A stretch of DNA of 64,000 nt, taken from Candidatus Omnitrophota bacterium (GTDB lineage: Bacteria > Omnitrophota > Gorgyraeia > Gygaellales > Profunditerraquicolaceae). The stretch lies in contig JAZDMX010000021.1 of NCBI GenBank assembly GCA_043800555.1, positions 29,905 to 93,904 on the forward strand, read 5' to 3'. Below, piece after piece: positions 10,587 to 21,000 of the stretch. How positions within the stretch are numbered: the first letter of the stretch is position 1; every line of letters starts with the position of its first letter. Position numbers and translations under genes: made by a program. Below the pieces are notes generated by a model, which did no database searches, was not told the DNA's origin, and saw only the letters and a list, made by a program, of their open reading frames with translations.

Positions 10587-11690
10587 TTACAAAGCAGCCA
10601 TATCCGTGACAAACTTGGCTTTCAGTAAACCCTCATTCCACTCTCCTGCGGGAGTAGAATCCCAGACTATACCGCCTCCTATCCCCATCTCCGCGTTCTC
10701 CCCGTCAATTAAAAGCGTCCGGATAGGAATGTTAAAGAATAAATCTTTATTCGGGCAGATATATCCGATTGCTCCGGTGTAAATTTTTCTCTCCTGCGGC
10801 TCAAGGCCTCTAATAATTTCCATAGCGCGGATTTTCGGGGCCCCGGTAACCGAACCCGAGGGAAATAACGAAGCAAAAAGCTCGCGTATCGGAATGTTTC
10901 TGTCAATTCTTGCGGTTACAGTTGAAGTCATCTGATAAAGCTTCTTATACCCGGTTACTTCAAAAAGCCTGGGCGCCCGGATATTCAAACCTATTCTCCC
11001 CAGGTCATTTCTTAAAAGATCGGCAATCATCACGTTTTCAGCCCTGTTCTTTGTATCGAATTGAAAACGCATGCGGCGGCTAAAATCAGATACCGGGTTA
11101 GCCCCGCGCGGCCAAGTCCCCTTCATAGGCTTGGTTGCAACAAAACAGCCGGTTTTCTTAATGAACATTTCCGGGGATAAAGACAGGATCTGGAAACGAT
11201 CTGTTTCCAGATATGCCGGATACGGCACAGGCTGTTCCCGAAGAAGCCTTCTATATAAAGATAGCGGGTCTCCCTGAAACTTAGACAACAATTTTATACA
11301 GTAGGTGATTTGATAAACATCGCCTTTAGCTATATAGTTACGGATGGTATCTATGTTTTTGGAATAATCCTTCTGCGCAATATTTAACCGGAGATCGCTT
11401 AAGGCGCACTTACGGGTTTTAGTTTTGGTTTCAATGTTCCGGCGCTCTGGCGCCTCATATACGCCCAAATAAATCAGCGGGAAAGCATACTGCTTATCTT
11501 TACATAGAGTTTCTTCGAAGCAATAGCCTGCTTCATATGAAAAGAAACCGGCCACAAAGTAACCTTGCGCAAGCGCATTTTCGATCTCCTCGAAACAAGC
11601 GCCAAATGCCACGGGGTTATCACAGGATATGATTTTTTTTGGTTTTTGGAATAGAAGCGGTTTTTTCTCGAATTGGATTAATACTTTCAT
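10587..11690 (-). CDS. pabB: Aminodeoxychorismate synthase component I-like chorismate-binding enzyme
   Basis: SPEMF, PMKGT, AENVMIADLLRNDLG and FPSGSVTGAPK motifs; start likely ATG 11690. Confidence 0.85.
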   Translation of the reverse strand: MKVLIQFEKKPLLFQKPKKIISCDNPVAFGACFEEIENALAQGYFVAGFFSYEAGYCFEETLCKDKQYAFPLIYLGVYEAPERRNIETKTKTRKCALSDLRLNIAQKDYSKNIDTIRNYIAKGDVYQITYCIKLLSKFQGDPLSLYRRLLREQPVPYPAYLETDRFQILSLSPEMFIKKTGCFVATKPMKGTWPRGANPVSDFSRRMRFQFDTKNRAENVMIADLLRNDLGRIGLNIRAPRLFEVTGYKKLYQMTSTVTARIDRNIPIRELFASLFPSGSVTGAPKIRAMEIIRGLEPQERKIYTGAIGYICPNKDLFFNIPIRTLLIDGENAEMGIGGGIVWDSTPAGEWNEGLLKAKFVTDMAAL

Positions 11691-11780
11691 GGCCTTTATC
11701 GGCAGGTCTGGATGCCCGGAGGAAAAATGCGGGCTAAAGGTCATGACCGTTAGGTTGAAATTATATCTTCAAATTAAACT

Positions 11781-11912
11781 AATGTCAAATGACAAAATCC
11801 AAATGACAAATGAAATCCAAAATCCCAATGACAAATACCAAAATTAAAGTTTTATTATTTGAAATTTGACATTTGGATTTATTTTGGATTTTGAGTTTTG
11901 ACATTTGTCATT
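11781..11912. repeat. Imperfect inverted repeat built from heptamer units
   Basis: Left arm AATGTCA/AATGACA/AAATCCA units (11781-11843); right arm TTTGACA/TTTGGA/TTTGTCA units (11858-11912). Confidence 0.8.
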
Positions 11913-11934
11913 AAATTTTACTTTTAACTCTAGT

Positions 11935-13908
11935 TTATTCGTAACGGAGGGCTTCAATGGGATCGAGCTTTGCGGCTTTTTGAGCAGGCCAGAGGCCAAA
12001 AATTACTCCTACTACCAAGGAAAATGTCGTGGCTAAAATAACTGAAGACATGGATACTCTTACGGTCCAACCGGAAAAAATAGTTATTAACGCCGAGGCC
12101 CCGCTTCCCAATAAAACCCCGGATACCCCTCCGATAAAAGACATCAATACCGCCTCAATAAGAAACTGCACTTCGATATCCTTATTATTCGCTCCGATTG
12201 CCTTACGCAGGCCGATTTCCCGGGTGCGCTCGGTTACCGAAACCAGCATAATATTCATAATACCTATGCCGCCAACTAAAAGCGAAATAGCGGCAATCGC
12301 TCCCAGTAAAAGCGACATAGTCTCAGTGGTAGACTCCAGCGTTTTTTTAATATCCGACATATTTCGAATGCGGAAGGAATCCTTCTGATCCTGAGTAATC
12401 AAACGGTGTTGTTTTATAACAAGCTTATTGATCGCTTCTTCCGCCGCGTCAATTGCATCAGGGCCGCTTGCCTCGACATATATAGAATCTATATATTGCT
12501 TACCCAACACCCTGTACATAGCGGTAGTTATAGGAATAAGCACGATATCATCCTGATCCTGAGGCCCGCTTGTCCCTTTAGTAGGCAAGATACCAATAAC
12601 TTTAAAATTAATCAGGTTTATTTTTATGGTTTCACCTATGGGGTTAGACTCTCCGAAAAGTTCTTTTATAACCGTAGCCCCAACCAAAGCAACTTTATTC
12701 CTCATTCTTACTTCTTCATCGGTAAAGAACCGGCCAACTGTCGGAACAACCGAACGTAACTGCGCATAGTCAACCCCTACCCCTTCGACCTTAGTATTCC
12801 AGTTACCGCTCCCATAAACTATCTGGCTCCTGGATGATACCGAAGGGCTAACCCTACTTACACATTCGCCAAGTTTCTTGATTTCTTCCACGTCCTGAAG
12901 CGTAAACCGCGTCGTCGTACCGGATTGCAAAGCTACTCCCCCGGATTTGGCAGCTCCGGGGCTGACAATCAGAAGATTAGAACCAAGCGAAGCCAGTTGC
13001 TTTTCAATAGATTCTTTCGCGCCTTGGCCGATTGCCAACATAGCAATAACCGCGGCAACACCGATAAGAATACCCAGAATAGATAAAAACGCGCGCATTT
13101 TATGCGAGAGCATAGCCGAAATAGCCTGCCGCATATAATCCAGGAACTCGATGCCTCCCTTCATTTTCTTACCCGACTCAATTAAAATATTTTTTATCAG
13201 GTTCTCGGGAACTTCGCCCCCCAAAGGCTTTACCTCTTCGGAAATAATCTTATCGGAAATAATCTCGCCGTCGCGCATCTGAATAATTCTTCGGGCTTGC
13301 GAAGCAATTTCGCTTTCATGGGTGACTAAAATAATTGTTTTACCCATCTGGTTTAGTTTTCTTAATATGGCCATTATTTCTTCTTTACTCTTAGAATCAA
13401 GGTTTCCGGTAGGCTCATCAGCGAAGATTATCGGAGGATCATTGACTAAAGAACGGGCGATCGCCACTCTTTGCTGCTGGCCTCCGGACATTTCATTTGG
13501 CCGGTGAAACATCCTCTCAGCTAAACCAACATCCTTAAGCCTTTCCACGGCTATTTGTTTCATATGCCTTTTCCCTGCGTAAATAAGCGGAAGCTCGGCA
13601 TTTCCCAAAGCGCTCATTCTGGGCAAAAGATGAAACTGTTGGAAAACAAAACCTACCATTCCATTTCTGACTAAGGCCAATTCCGAATCATTAAGCCTGG
13701 TTATTTCTTCGCCTCCCAGAAAATACTCTCCGGAATCCGGCCTATCCAATAAGCCCAACACATGCATAAGCGTAGACTTACCCGATCCCGACGCTCCCAT
13801 AATAGCGACAAATTCTCCGGAAGCAATCTTTATGGACACGCCCTTCAAGGCTTCGACCTTAACATCGCCCATCTGATAGGTTTTATATAAATACCTAGTC
13901 TCAATCAT
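11935..13908 (-). CDS. macB: MacB-type ABC transporter (fused ATPase-permease)
   Basis: GASGSGKST, SGGQQQRV and ADEPTGNLD, plus GGIGIMNIMLVSVTERTREIG permease motif. Confidence 0.95.
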   Translation of the reverse strand: MIETRYLYKTYQMGDVKVEALKGVSIKIASGEFVAIMGASGSGKSTLMHVLGLLDRPDSGEYFLGGEEITRLNDSELALVRNGMVGFVFQQFHLLPRMSALGNAELPLIYAGKRHMKQIAVERLKDVGLAERMFHRPNEMSGGQQQRVAIARSLVNDPPIIFADEPTGNLDSKSKEEIMAILRKLNQMGKTIILVTHESEIASQARRIIQMRDGEIISDKIISEEVKPLGGEVPENLIKNILIESGKKMKGGIEFLDYMRQAISAMLSHKMRAFLSILGILIGVAAVIAMLAIGQGAKESIEKQLASLGSNLLIVSPGAAKSGGVALQSGTTTRFTLQDVEEIKKLGECVSRVSPSVSSRSQIVYGSGNWNTKVEGVGVDYAQLRSVVPTVGRFFTDEEVRMRNKVALVGATVIKELFGESNPIGETIKINLINFKVIGILPTKGTSGPQDQDDIVLIPITTAMYRVLGKQYIDSIYVEASGPDAIDAAEEAINKLVIKQHRLITQDQKDSFRIRNMSDIKKTLESTTETMSLLLGAIAAISLLVGGIGIMNIMLVSVTERTREIGLRKAIGANNKDIEVQFLIEAVLMSFIGGVSGVLLGSGASALITIFSGWTVRVSMSSVILATTFSLVVGVIFGLWPAQKAAKLDPIEALRYE

Positions 13909-13909
13909 T

Positions 13910-14896
13910 TTATGGCGGCCCGTCGCTATTTTTCTTGGAACTGGGCATCTTAGGTAAAAACGGATTGCTACCGGAACTGCTCGCTTCAGAGAACACGTAT
14001 TTTTTCGTAGTCACCAAAACTGTATCCGCGCTAGTTACTCCGGAGAGGATCTCATAATTTTTGTCATCGGCAATACCTATCTTTACCACCCGCTTTATTG
14101 GATTCTTGCTATCGGGCTGCTTCAACAAAACATAGCTCTCGCCTTTTTCCTTGCGTACCGCCTCAACAGGCAACAAAAGCGCATTCTCCCGGCTTTCGGC
14201 TTTAAAATCAATTGTAGCGTTCATCCCGGAACGGAAAAACTCCGGGACATCTTTCGGTACTAAATCGACTTTATAAATTGTTACGTTGTTTACTGTTTCG
14301 GACTCATAATATATATGCTCTACAGCCGCGTTAATTTTTTCATTCGGATACGCATCCAAAGTTATGAGCGCCCCTTGATCGAGTTTAATTTTACCAATAT
14401 CGGTTTCATCTACCTGGGCGCGGACAATTAAATGGTCAGATAGCACTATCACCGCGTCAGCCGTGGTAACGGTTTGCCCTGGCTGGGTAGTAGCCACGAT
14501 AACCTCGCCATTAATTGGCGCCAACAATGCAATAGGTTTATAAATTTGTTTCCAATATTTTAAGACATCTTCTCCCTGCCCTTCGGCAGCATCCAGGAGC
14601 GCTGCCCTTTCAGTAGAACTCATCCAAGCCAAGGCTTGGCCAATCTTAACCTCATCTCCCTCATGCACAAGAATACTTTCAATGCGTCCGCCGACCGGAG
14701 GTTTTACTTCCAGACGATTTTTAGGTAACACCGTTCCCGTAGTGGAAATATACGTCTGGATTGTGCCTATGGCCGGCTTAACTTCTTTAACGATTTCGCT
14801 ATCCCGGCTTTTACCTTTTATTTTTACCATGATAAACACGCAGATAACCGACAAAACCAAAATACCAAAGATTATTTTTGATTTATTTTTGCGCAT
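13910..14896 (-). CDS. MacA-like periplasmic adaptor (membrane fusion protein)
   Basis: Lipoyl half-motifs, VDETDIGKIK; lies between tolC and macB. Confidence 0.88.
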   Translation of the reverse strand: MRKNKSKIIFGILVLSVICVFIMVKIKGKSRDSEIVKEVKPAIGTIQTYISTTGTVLPKNRLEVKPPVGGRIESILVHEGDEVKIGQALAWMSSTERAALLDAAEGQGEDVLKYWKQIYKPIALLAPINGEVIVATTQPGQTVTTADAVIVLSDHLIVRAQVDETDIGKIKLDQGALITLDAYPNEKINAAVEHIYYESETVNNVTIYKVDLVPKDVPEFFRSGMNATIDFKAESRENALLLPVEAVRKEKGESYVLLKQPDSKNPIKRVVKIGIADDKNYEILSGVTSADTVLVTTKKYVFSEASSSGSNPFLPKMPSSKKNSDGPP

Positions 14897-16166
14897 ATTC
14901 CAATGTCTCTCCTTTCGCCTGGATCCATTTCGCCTCGGCTAATAACGCATCAGCCTGGGCATTTAAATAACTGGTCTTGGCCTGCACTAAATTATCCTCG
15001 ATGATCGTCCAGTTATCGTAACTGATAAATCCCGTCGCGTATTCCGCCTCGGCAATCCTGGAGCGCTCTTCAGTAGCAATAAGGGTCTTGTATTGGACAC
15101 CCACCGCTTCGATTGCGTCCTGTAAATTGACCCAGGTTTTTTCCAGGGCCACGACTATTGCGTCCCTGGAGCTTCTGGCGTTTTCCTTTAATTGGTTCAG
15201 CAGGCCCTGGGCCTGCGAGACCTGCGCGAGCCTTAATCCTCCTTCGAATATAGGCATGGATAAGCTAAGCCCCAGGCTCCAGTTGTCCCCTCTAGGGGCC
15301 CAATGCGAGCCTGACTTGTTGGCCCCTGCCGAGCCGGAAAGCGTCGGGGAAAAGTTAGCGTAGGCGGACTTAAGGCTGAATTCCGCCGCGTTTTTCTGCG
15401 CTACGATCTGCAATAAAGAAGGATTGCTGTTTGCCAAAGACTCGATGTCCGGCTCGACTTTAGCCGTGTCTAAAACCTTAAAATCCGCTTTTACCGCCAT
15501 AGGGACAAATGTTTTCCTGCCCATCTCCTTGGTCAACTGCCTCTGGGCAAGCTGGATATCTCTTTTTGCCTGGGCAAGCTGAAAATCAGCCTGGGCTAAA
15601 TTCGCTTCCGCAGTCAATAACGCGCCGCGGTGCTCAAGCCCGGATTCATAACGCAAGGTTATCAATTCCAGGTTACTCTTTCTTATCCTGATGATTTCTT
15701 CGGTCACATGGACTAATTCCTGGGCCGTTAATAAATTAATGAACGCGGTGCGTAAATTTAACCTGACCTGGGTAGAGGTATACTTATAATTCTGCTGGAA
15801 AGCCTTAATGTTTTCTGAAGCGGATTTTACTTCCTGGATAGTTTTGGTGCCGTCAAATATCAACTGGGTGCCGGTTACCCCGTAAGAATAACTGTCCGCT
15901 GTGGATGCGGGAGCGCTCCCGGAAGCTGTCCTTGCGGTTGAAGCGCTAAGGCTGGCGTCTATCTGAGGATAAAGGGCACTTGAGGTAATCTTCTTGGCCG
16001 CTTCGGATTGTTTAACTTCCTCAACCGCCGCGATTAAATCCGGGTGGTTTTGCGCTGACTCTTTGATGCAATCCTGCCAGGAAAGCATCTCTTTAGCAAA
16101 CGCTAAGTTATAAAAAATAAATGAAAAAACTAACGCTATGGAATAAATTTTTATCCGGCTAAGCAT
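14883..16166 (-). CDS. TolC family outer membrane protein
   Basis: Signal peptide, two OEP repeats, LSMPIFEGG motif. Confidence 0.92.
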   Translation of the reverse strand: MLSRIKIYSIALVFSFIFYNLAFAKEMLSWQDCIKESAQNHPDLIAAVEEVKQSEAAKKITSSALYPQIDASLSASTARTASGSAPASTADSYSYGVTGTQLIFDGTKTIQEVKSASENIKAFQQNYKYTSTQVRLNLRTAFINLLTAQELVHVTEEIIRIRKSNLELITLRYESGLEHRGALLTAEANLAQADFQLAQAKRDIQLAQRQLTKEMGRKTFVPMAVKADFKVLDTAKVEPDIESLANSNPSLLQIVAQKNAAEFSLKSAYANFSPTLSGSAGANKSGSHWAPRGDNWSLGLSLSMPIFEGGLRLAQVSQAQGLLNQLKENARSSRDAIVVALEKTWVNLQDAIEAVGVQYKTLIATEERSRIAEAEYATGFISYDNWTIIEDNLVQAKTSYLNAQADALLAEAKWIQAKGETLEYAQK

Positions 16167-16189
16167 AGTAATAACTTTTAGTATTTTTG

Positions 16190-16435
16190 TTAACTCCTCT
16201 TTTTAAAAAGCTCCCTCTTCATGCTGTTAACGTGCTCCTCAAAAAGCTTGAGAAATTTATTAAACTCCTCTTCCGGGACGATACTGACCATTTTGTCCTG
16301 ATGAGGCGGGCCGGAAATAACTATTACGCTGTCTCCGGGCTTAATCTTCATCGCTTTCCTTGCTTCTGCCGGGATAACAATCTGGCCTTTTGTCCCTACC
16401 GGCACCTTACCAAAAAACTTAGGAGTCTTGTTCAT
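16190..16435 (-). CDS. AbrB/MazE/SpoVT family DNA-binding protein
   Basis: VGTKGQIVIPAEARKAMKIKPGD motif. Confidence 0.92.
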   Translation of the reverse strand: MNKTPKFFGKVPVGTKGQIVIPAEARKAMKIKPGDSVIVISGPPHQDKMVSIVPEEEFNKFLKLFEEHVNSMKRELFKKRS

Positions 16436-16504
16436 TTGTATTGCTCCCCTCTAAAGTAAAACTATTAAAGTATGATTTGTATTACAAGTATTACTATCTA
16501 TACA

Positions 16505-16533
16505 AAAATACCACAACCTCAAACCTTTGTCAA
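16505..16533 (-). promoter_or_regulatory. Sigma70-type promoter of the abrB-tolC-macAB operon
   Basis: TTGACA-17 nt-TATTTT on the minus strand. Confidence 0.5.
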
Positions 16534-16584
16534 GGTTAATATACGATTTTTCAAGCGCCTATTTATGACATCGATGCCGGTTGC

Positions 16585-18057
16585 TTATTCCTTCCCGACA
16601 ACGCTAAGGGCCAAAAGAATCTTTTCTTCAAAGGCGTCCCGGCTGCTTAGCCTCTGGCCGGGTGACTCCTCCAAGCCGCCTCCTCCCAGCGCCGCATAAG
16701 CCTGAACCTGGTTAGAGAGTTTGTATAGCTGCATCAAGATGAGTTCTTTTTGCGCCCGATACAGCGATCGCTGCGCGTCAAGAACGCTTAAATAGCTATC
16801 AATCCCATTATCGTAACGCTTCTGTGAAAGGCTATAGACTTTCTGCGCGGAATCAACCATCGACTGTTGCACTGCTATCTGCGCGTCCACCGTGCCTTGG
16901 ATAGCCAGAATATCAGCTACTTCCCTAAAAGCTGCCTGGATAGTTTTCTCATATTTGACCAACGCGATTTTTTGGTCTGCCCGGCTAACTCTATAGGTGG
17001 CCCAGGTCCGCATATCAAAAATAGGCATCGTAATCTGCGGCGAATAAATCCAGGTCCCCCTGCCGGCTGAGAATAAATTGGTAAAAGCGCTGCTAGCCGA
17101 ACCAAGCGCCGTAGTCAAAGAAATACTGGGGAAAAAAGCAGCCCTGGCTGCTCCGATATTTGCATAAGCGCCTTTTAATTCGTGTTCCGCTGCCAAAACA
17201 TCCGGCCGCTTAAGAAGCACCTCTGAAGATAACCCTGGAAAAATATCTTTAAAGAGAGCAACGCTCTCTAAATTATCAGGCAAGAGATTTTTGGCTACCG
17301 GAGCTCCAGCCAGAAGATCCAACGCGTTTACATCCTCGGCTATCCTCTGGGTATAAAGAATCACGTCTCCCTTGGCTGTATCCACCTGGGTTTGCGCGCG
17401 CTGCAAATCTATTTCGCTGACCAAGCTGGCTTTATACCGGCGCAGAACCAAAATGTAAGAATCTTCCTGCGCTTTAAGCGTAGAACGCGCTAAACTAAGA
17501 TCAGTCTGGGCCTTGGCAATAGTCAGGTATGCCCGGGCAACCTCAGAGATAAGCGCGATTTGCGCGCTGCGCCGGGTCTCCTCGGTACTTAAATATTCTT
17601 CTAAGGCTTGTTTGGTCAAACTGCGGATCCGGCCAAAAAAATCAATCTCCCAGGAAGTAATTCCTAAATCAGCGGAATATTGTTCCGGATACCCCGCAAA
17701 ATCTCTAGAATAGCGCTGCTTAGCTAAAGCTCCCGTAGCATCAAGGACAGGAAGTAATTCCGCGCGTTGGACTCCATATAATGCCCGCGCCCTCTCCACA
17801 TTTAAAACAGCCAGCCGCAAATCCCGGTTATTCGCCAGAGCCATCTGAATAACCTGCTGAAGTTTCGGGTCAATAAAAAACTCCCGCCATTTTAATTGAG
17901 TGGCATCTACAACATTGGCTGCCGGTTGCGCTTTCGGATAGGCCTCTCCCTTAGGCCAATCTTTAGAAATAGGAGATCCCGGACGGTCGTATTTCGGAGC
18001 CATAGTGCAGCCATTCAAAAAAATAATTCCTAAAATTATGATAAATATCCTTTTCAT
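16585..18057 (-). CDS. NodT/OprM-family efflux outer membrane lipoprotein
   Basis: Lipobox LNGC; W..F.DP.L, NRDLR and RPDVLAAE motifs; start at ATG 18057. Confidence 0.94.
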   Translation of the reverse strand: MKRIFIIILGIIFLNGCTMAPKYDRPGSPISKDWPKGEAYPKAQPAANVVDATQLKWREFFIDPKLQQVIQMALANNRDLRLAVLNVERARALYGVQRAELLPVLDATGALAKQRYSRDFAGYPEQYSADLGITSWEIDFFGRIRSLTKQALEEYLSTEETRRSAQIALISEVARAYLTIAKAQTDLSLARSTLKAQEDSYILVLRRYKASLVSEIDLQRAQTQVDTAKGDVILYTQRIAEDVNALDLLAGAPVAKNLLPDNLESVALFKDIFPGLSSEVLLKRPDVLAAEHELKGAYANIGAARAAFFPSISLTTALGSASSAFTNLFSAGRGTWIYSPQITMPIFDMRTWATYRVSRADQKIALVKYEKTIQAAFREVADILAIQGTVDAQIAVQQSMVDSAQKVYSLSQKRYDNGIDSYLSVLDAQRSLYRAQKELILMQLYKLSNQVQAYAALGGGGLEESPGQRLSSRDAFEEKILLALSVVGKE

Positions 18058-18061
18058 ATTA

Positions 18062-21000
18062 TTATTTCTGCAAATCCGTGACATTAGGCCCGGTTACTGC
18101 GGCAGCCTGCGCCTTGAACTTACGGCCGAAAAAGCGGGTTACCATAATGAAAAACAGCGGGATAAAGATAAGATCGATGAAAGTAGCTGAAAGCATACCT
18201 CCGACAACTGCCGTGCCAATGGCATTCTGGGCTCCGGCGCCGGCTCCGGTGGATATTGCCAACGGTAAAACCCCGAAAAAGAAAGCCAATGAAGTCATAA
18301 TAACCGGACGAAAACGCGTTTTTACCGCTCCCAGAATTGCCTCAACTAGTTTTTCTCCATTCTCCAGCCGATGCTGAGCAAATTGAATGATCAAAATGGC
18401 GTTTTTGGTAGAAAGCCCTAAGGTAGTAAGAAATCCAATCTGAAAATAAACATCATTAGGCATACCGCGCATAAAGGTCAAAAGCGTGGCGCCAAAAACA
18501 CCCAGCGGCAACATTAATAAATTAACAATTGGGATACTCCAGCTTTCATATAAAGCCGCCACGCATAGAAAAATTATCAAAATGGAAAAAGCGTAAAGCG
18601 GGCCAGTCTGAGAGCCACTCTGGCGCTCCTGATAAGAAAGGCCATTCCAGTCATAACCAAACTCACGAGGCAATTTCGCAGCTAGCTCTTCCATGGCATT
18701 CATTGCTTCGCCTGAACTTCTGCCTTTAGCAGCTTCGCCCAGAATATTAATGGATGAAAAAGCATTATAACGCTCTAACTTTGGAGAGCCAAAAATCCAA
18801 TGGCCCGAAGCAAAAGAAGAATAAGGCACCATTTTTCCTTTTGAGTTGCGCACATATAAATTCTTGAGATCCTCAGGCAACATGCGGTATGGCGCGTCAG
18901 CCTGAATGTCCACGTGTTTGATCCTGCCGTCTTTGACAAAATCATTAACATAGCTTGAGCCAAAAGCAGTAGATATCGTGTTTTGGATTGAAGCGATCGA
19001 AACCCCCAAGCTTCCGGCTTTTTCCCAATCCAGATCGATCTTATATTGCGCCACATCCTCTAAGCCATTGGCCCGCACGCGGGTCAGACGCGGGTCTTTA
19101 TGAGCCATCTCCAAAAGCTTGCTGCGCGCTTCCATTAATTTTTCATGCCCGGCTCCGCCGCGATCCTGCAGCTGAAAATCAAACCCCTTAGCAGTCCCCA
19201 ACTCAATGATAGGCGGTGGAGAAAATACATAAACCAACGCCTCATTATAGATAGCAAATTCTTTCATTGCCCGGTCTTCTATAGCATCCGACTTTAAGCT
19301 AGCTTTCTTGCGTAAATCCCAATCTTTTAACTTAATAAAAGCCATACCGGTATTTTGCCCGTGTCCTGATTGGTTCATACCGGAAATCGTTAAAATGGAT
19401 TCAATCGCATCTTTTTCTTTATCCACAAAATACTGCCTGACCTTATCCAGTACTCTTTCAGACTGCTCAAGGGTAGCGCCTGAAGGTAAATTAACCATAA
19501 TAATCAAAACTCCCTGATCCTCATCCGGCAGATAACCCGTTGGCATCCGGGAAAACACGAACAACATTGCCCCTACAATCAGAAGATAAGCAATTATATA
19601 ACGAATGTTCTTATTAAAAGAATGTCCTACTAATTGTACGTACTTATCACGGATCCAAAAGAAAATTTGGTCGAACTTGCGGAAAAAAGGACGCAAAAGC
19701 CAAAACCCGCTCTCTGCCGGCTGATGCCCTTTAGGCACAGGCCTCAAAATCGAAGCGCAAAGAACCGGCGTTAAAATCAAAGCTACTACGACTGAAAGCA
19801 ACATAGAAGCGATAACTGTTACGGAGAACTGCCGGTAAATAACACCGGTGGATCCGGTAAAAAATGCCATCGGCCCGAATACCGCTGAGAGTACCAAACC
19901 TATACCGATAAGCGCGGGAGTGATCTGTTCCATGGATTTTGCCGCGGCATCCCGGGGCGAAAGCCCCTCCTCACTCATCAGGCGCTCCACATTTTCAACT
20001 ACGACAATAGCGTCATCTACCAATAAACCAATAGCTAAAACCATGGCAAACATAGTAAGCATATTGATTGAATAGCCGAAGAGGCTCAACGTCGCGCAAG
20101 TCCCCAGTAAGACTACCGGAACCGCGATCGTCGGAATGAGCGTTGCCCGGATATTGCCCATAAACAAATACATAACTAAGAAAACCAGGAATATAGCTTC
20201 GCACAGAGTCTTAAATACTTCGTGAATAGCTACCCGGGTAAACGGCGTTGTATCATAAGGATAAACTACTTTCATCCCTTGAGGAAAATAACGGCTCAAC
20301 TCTTCCATCTTAGCCTTGATCCCATCGACAGTCTTTAGGGCGTTGGCTCCGGGTTCTTGCCTGATAGCGATAGCTGCCGACGGTTGGCCTTTATTAAAGT
20401 AAACCTTCGTATCCGACTGATCGCTGCCCAACTCTACATACCCAACATCTTTAATACGGATAGTTGAACCATCAGAATTAATACGGACCGGGATATTCGA
20501 GAACTCCTCGGGAGTTTTAAGCAGGCTCTGAATAATAATTGAAGCATTCAGGCGCTGTCCTTTAACAGCCGGGGCGCCTCCAAATTGCCCGCCGGAAACT
20601 TCAACATTATAATCTTGCAAAGCTCCAATCACATCCCCTATTGTTAATCCATAACTAGTAAGTTTTTTAGGATCAAACCAGATACGCATGGCATATTCAT
20701 TGCCAAACGCTTCTGCTTCGCCAACTCCGGAAACGCGCGCAAGAACCGGTTGGATAACACTAAGCATATAATCGCGTAAATCAATATCGGTCATGCTGCC
20801 GTCTTCAGAAACCAGGCCCACAATCAAAAGATAATTATGGGTGGATTTTTGCACTGAAACTCCCCTGCGCTGCACTGTATCAGGAAGCCTGGGCATTGCC
20901 AGCTGAAGTTTATTTTGCACCTTGGTCCAGGCAATATCCGGATCAGTTCCAGGAGAAAAAGTCAATTCAATAGTAGAAGACCCGGAAGCGTCGCTTGAAC

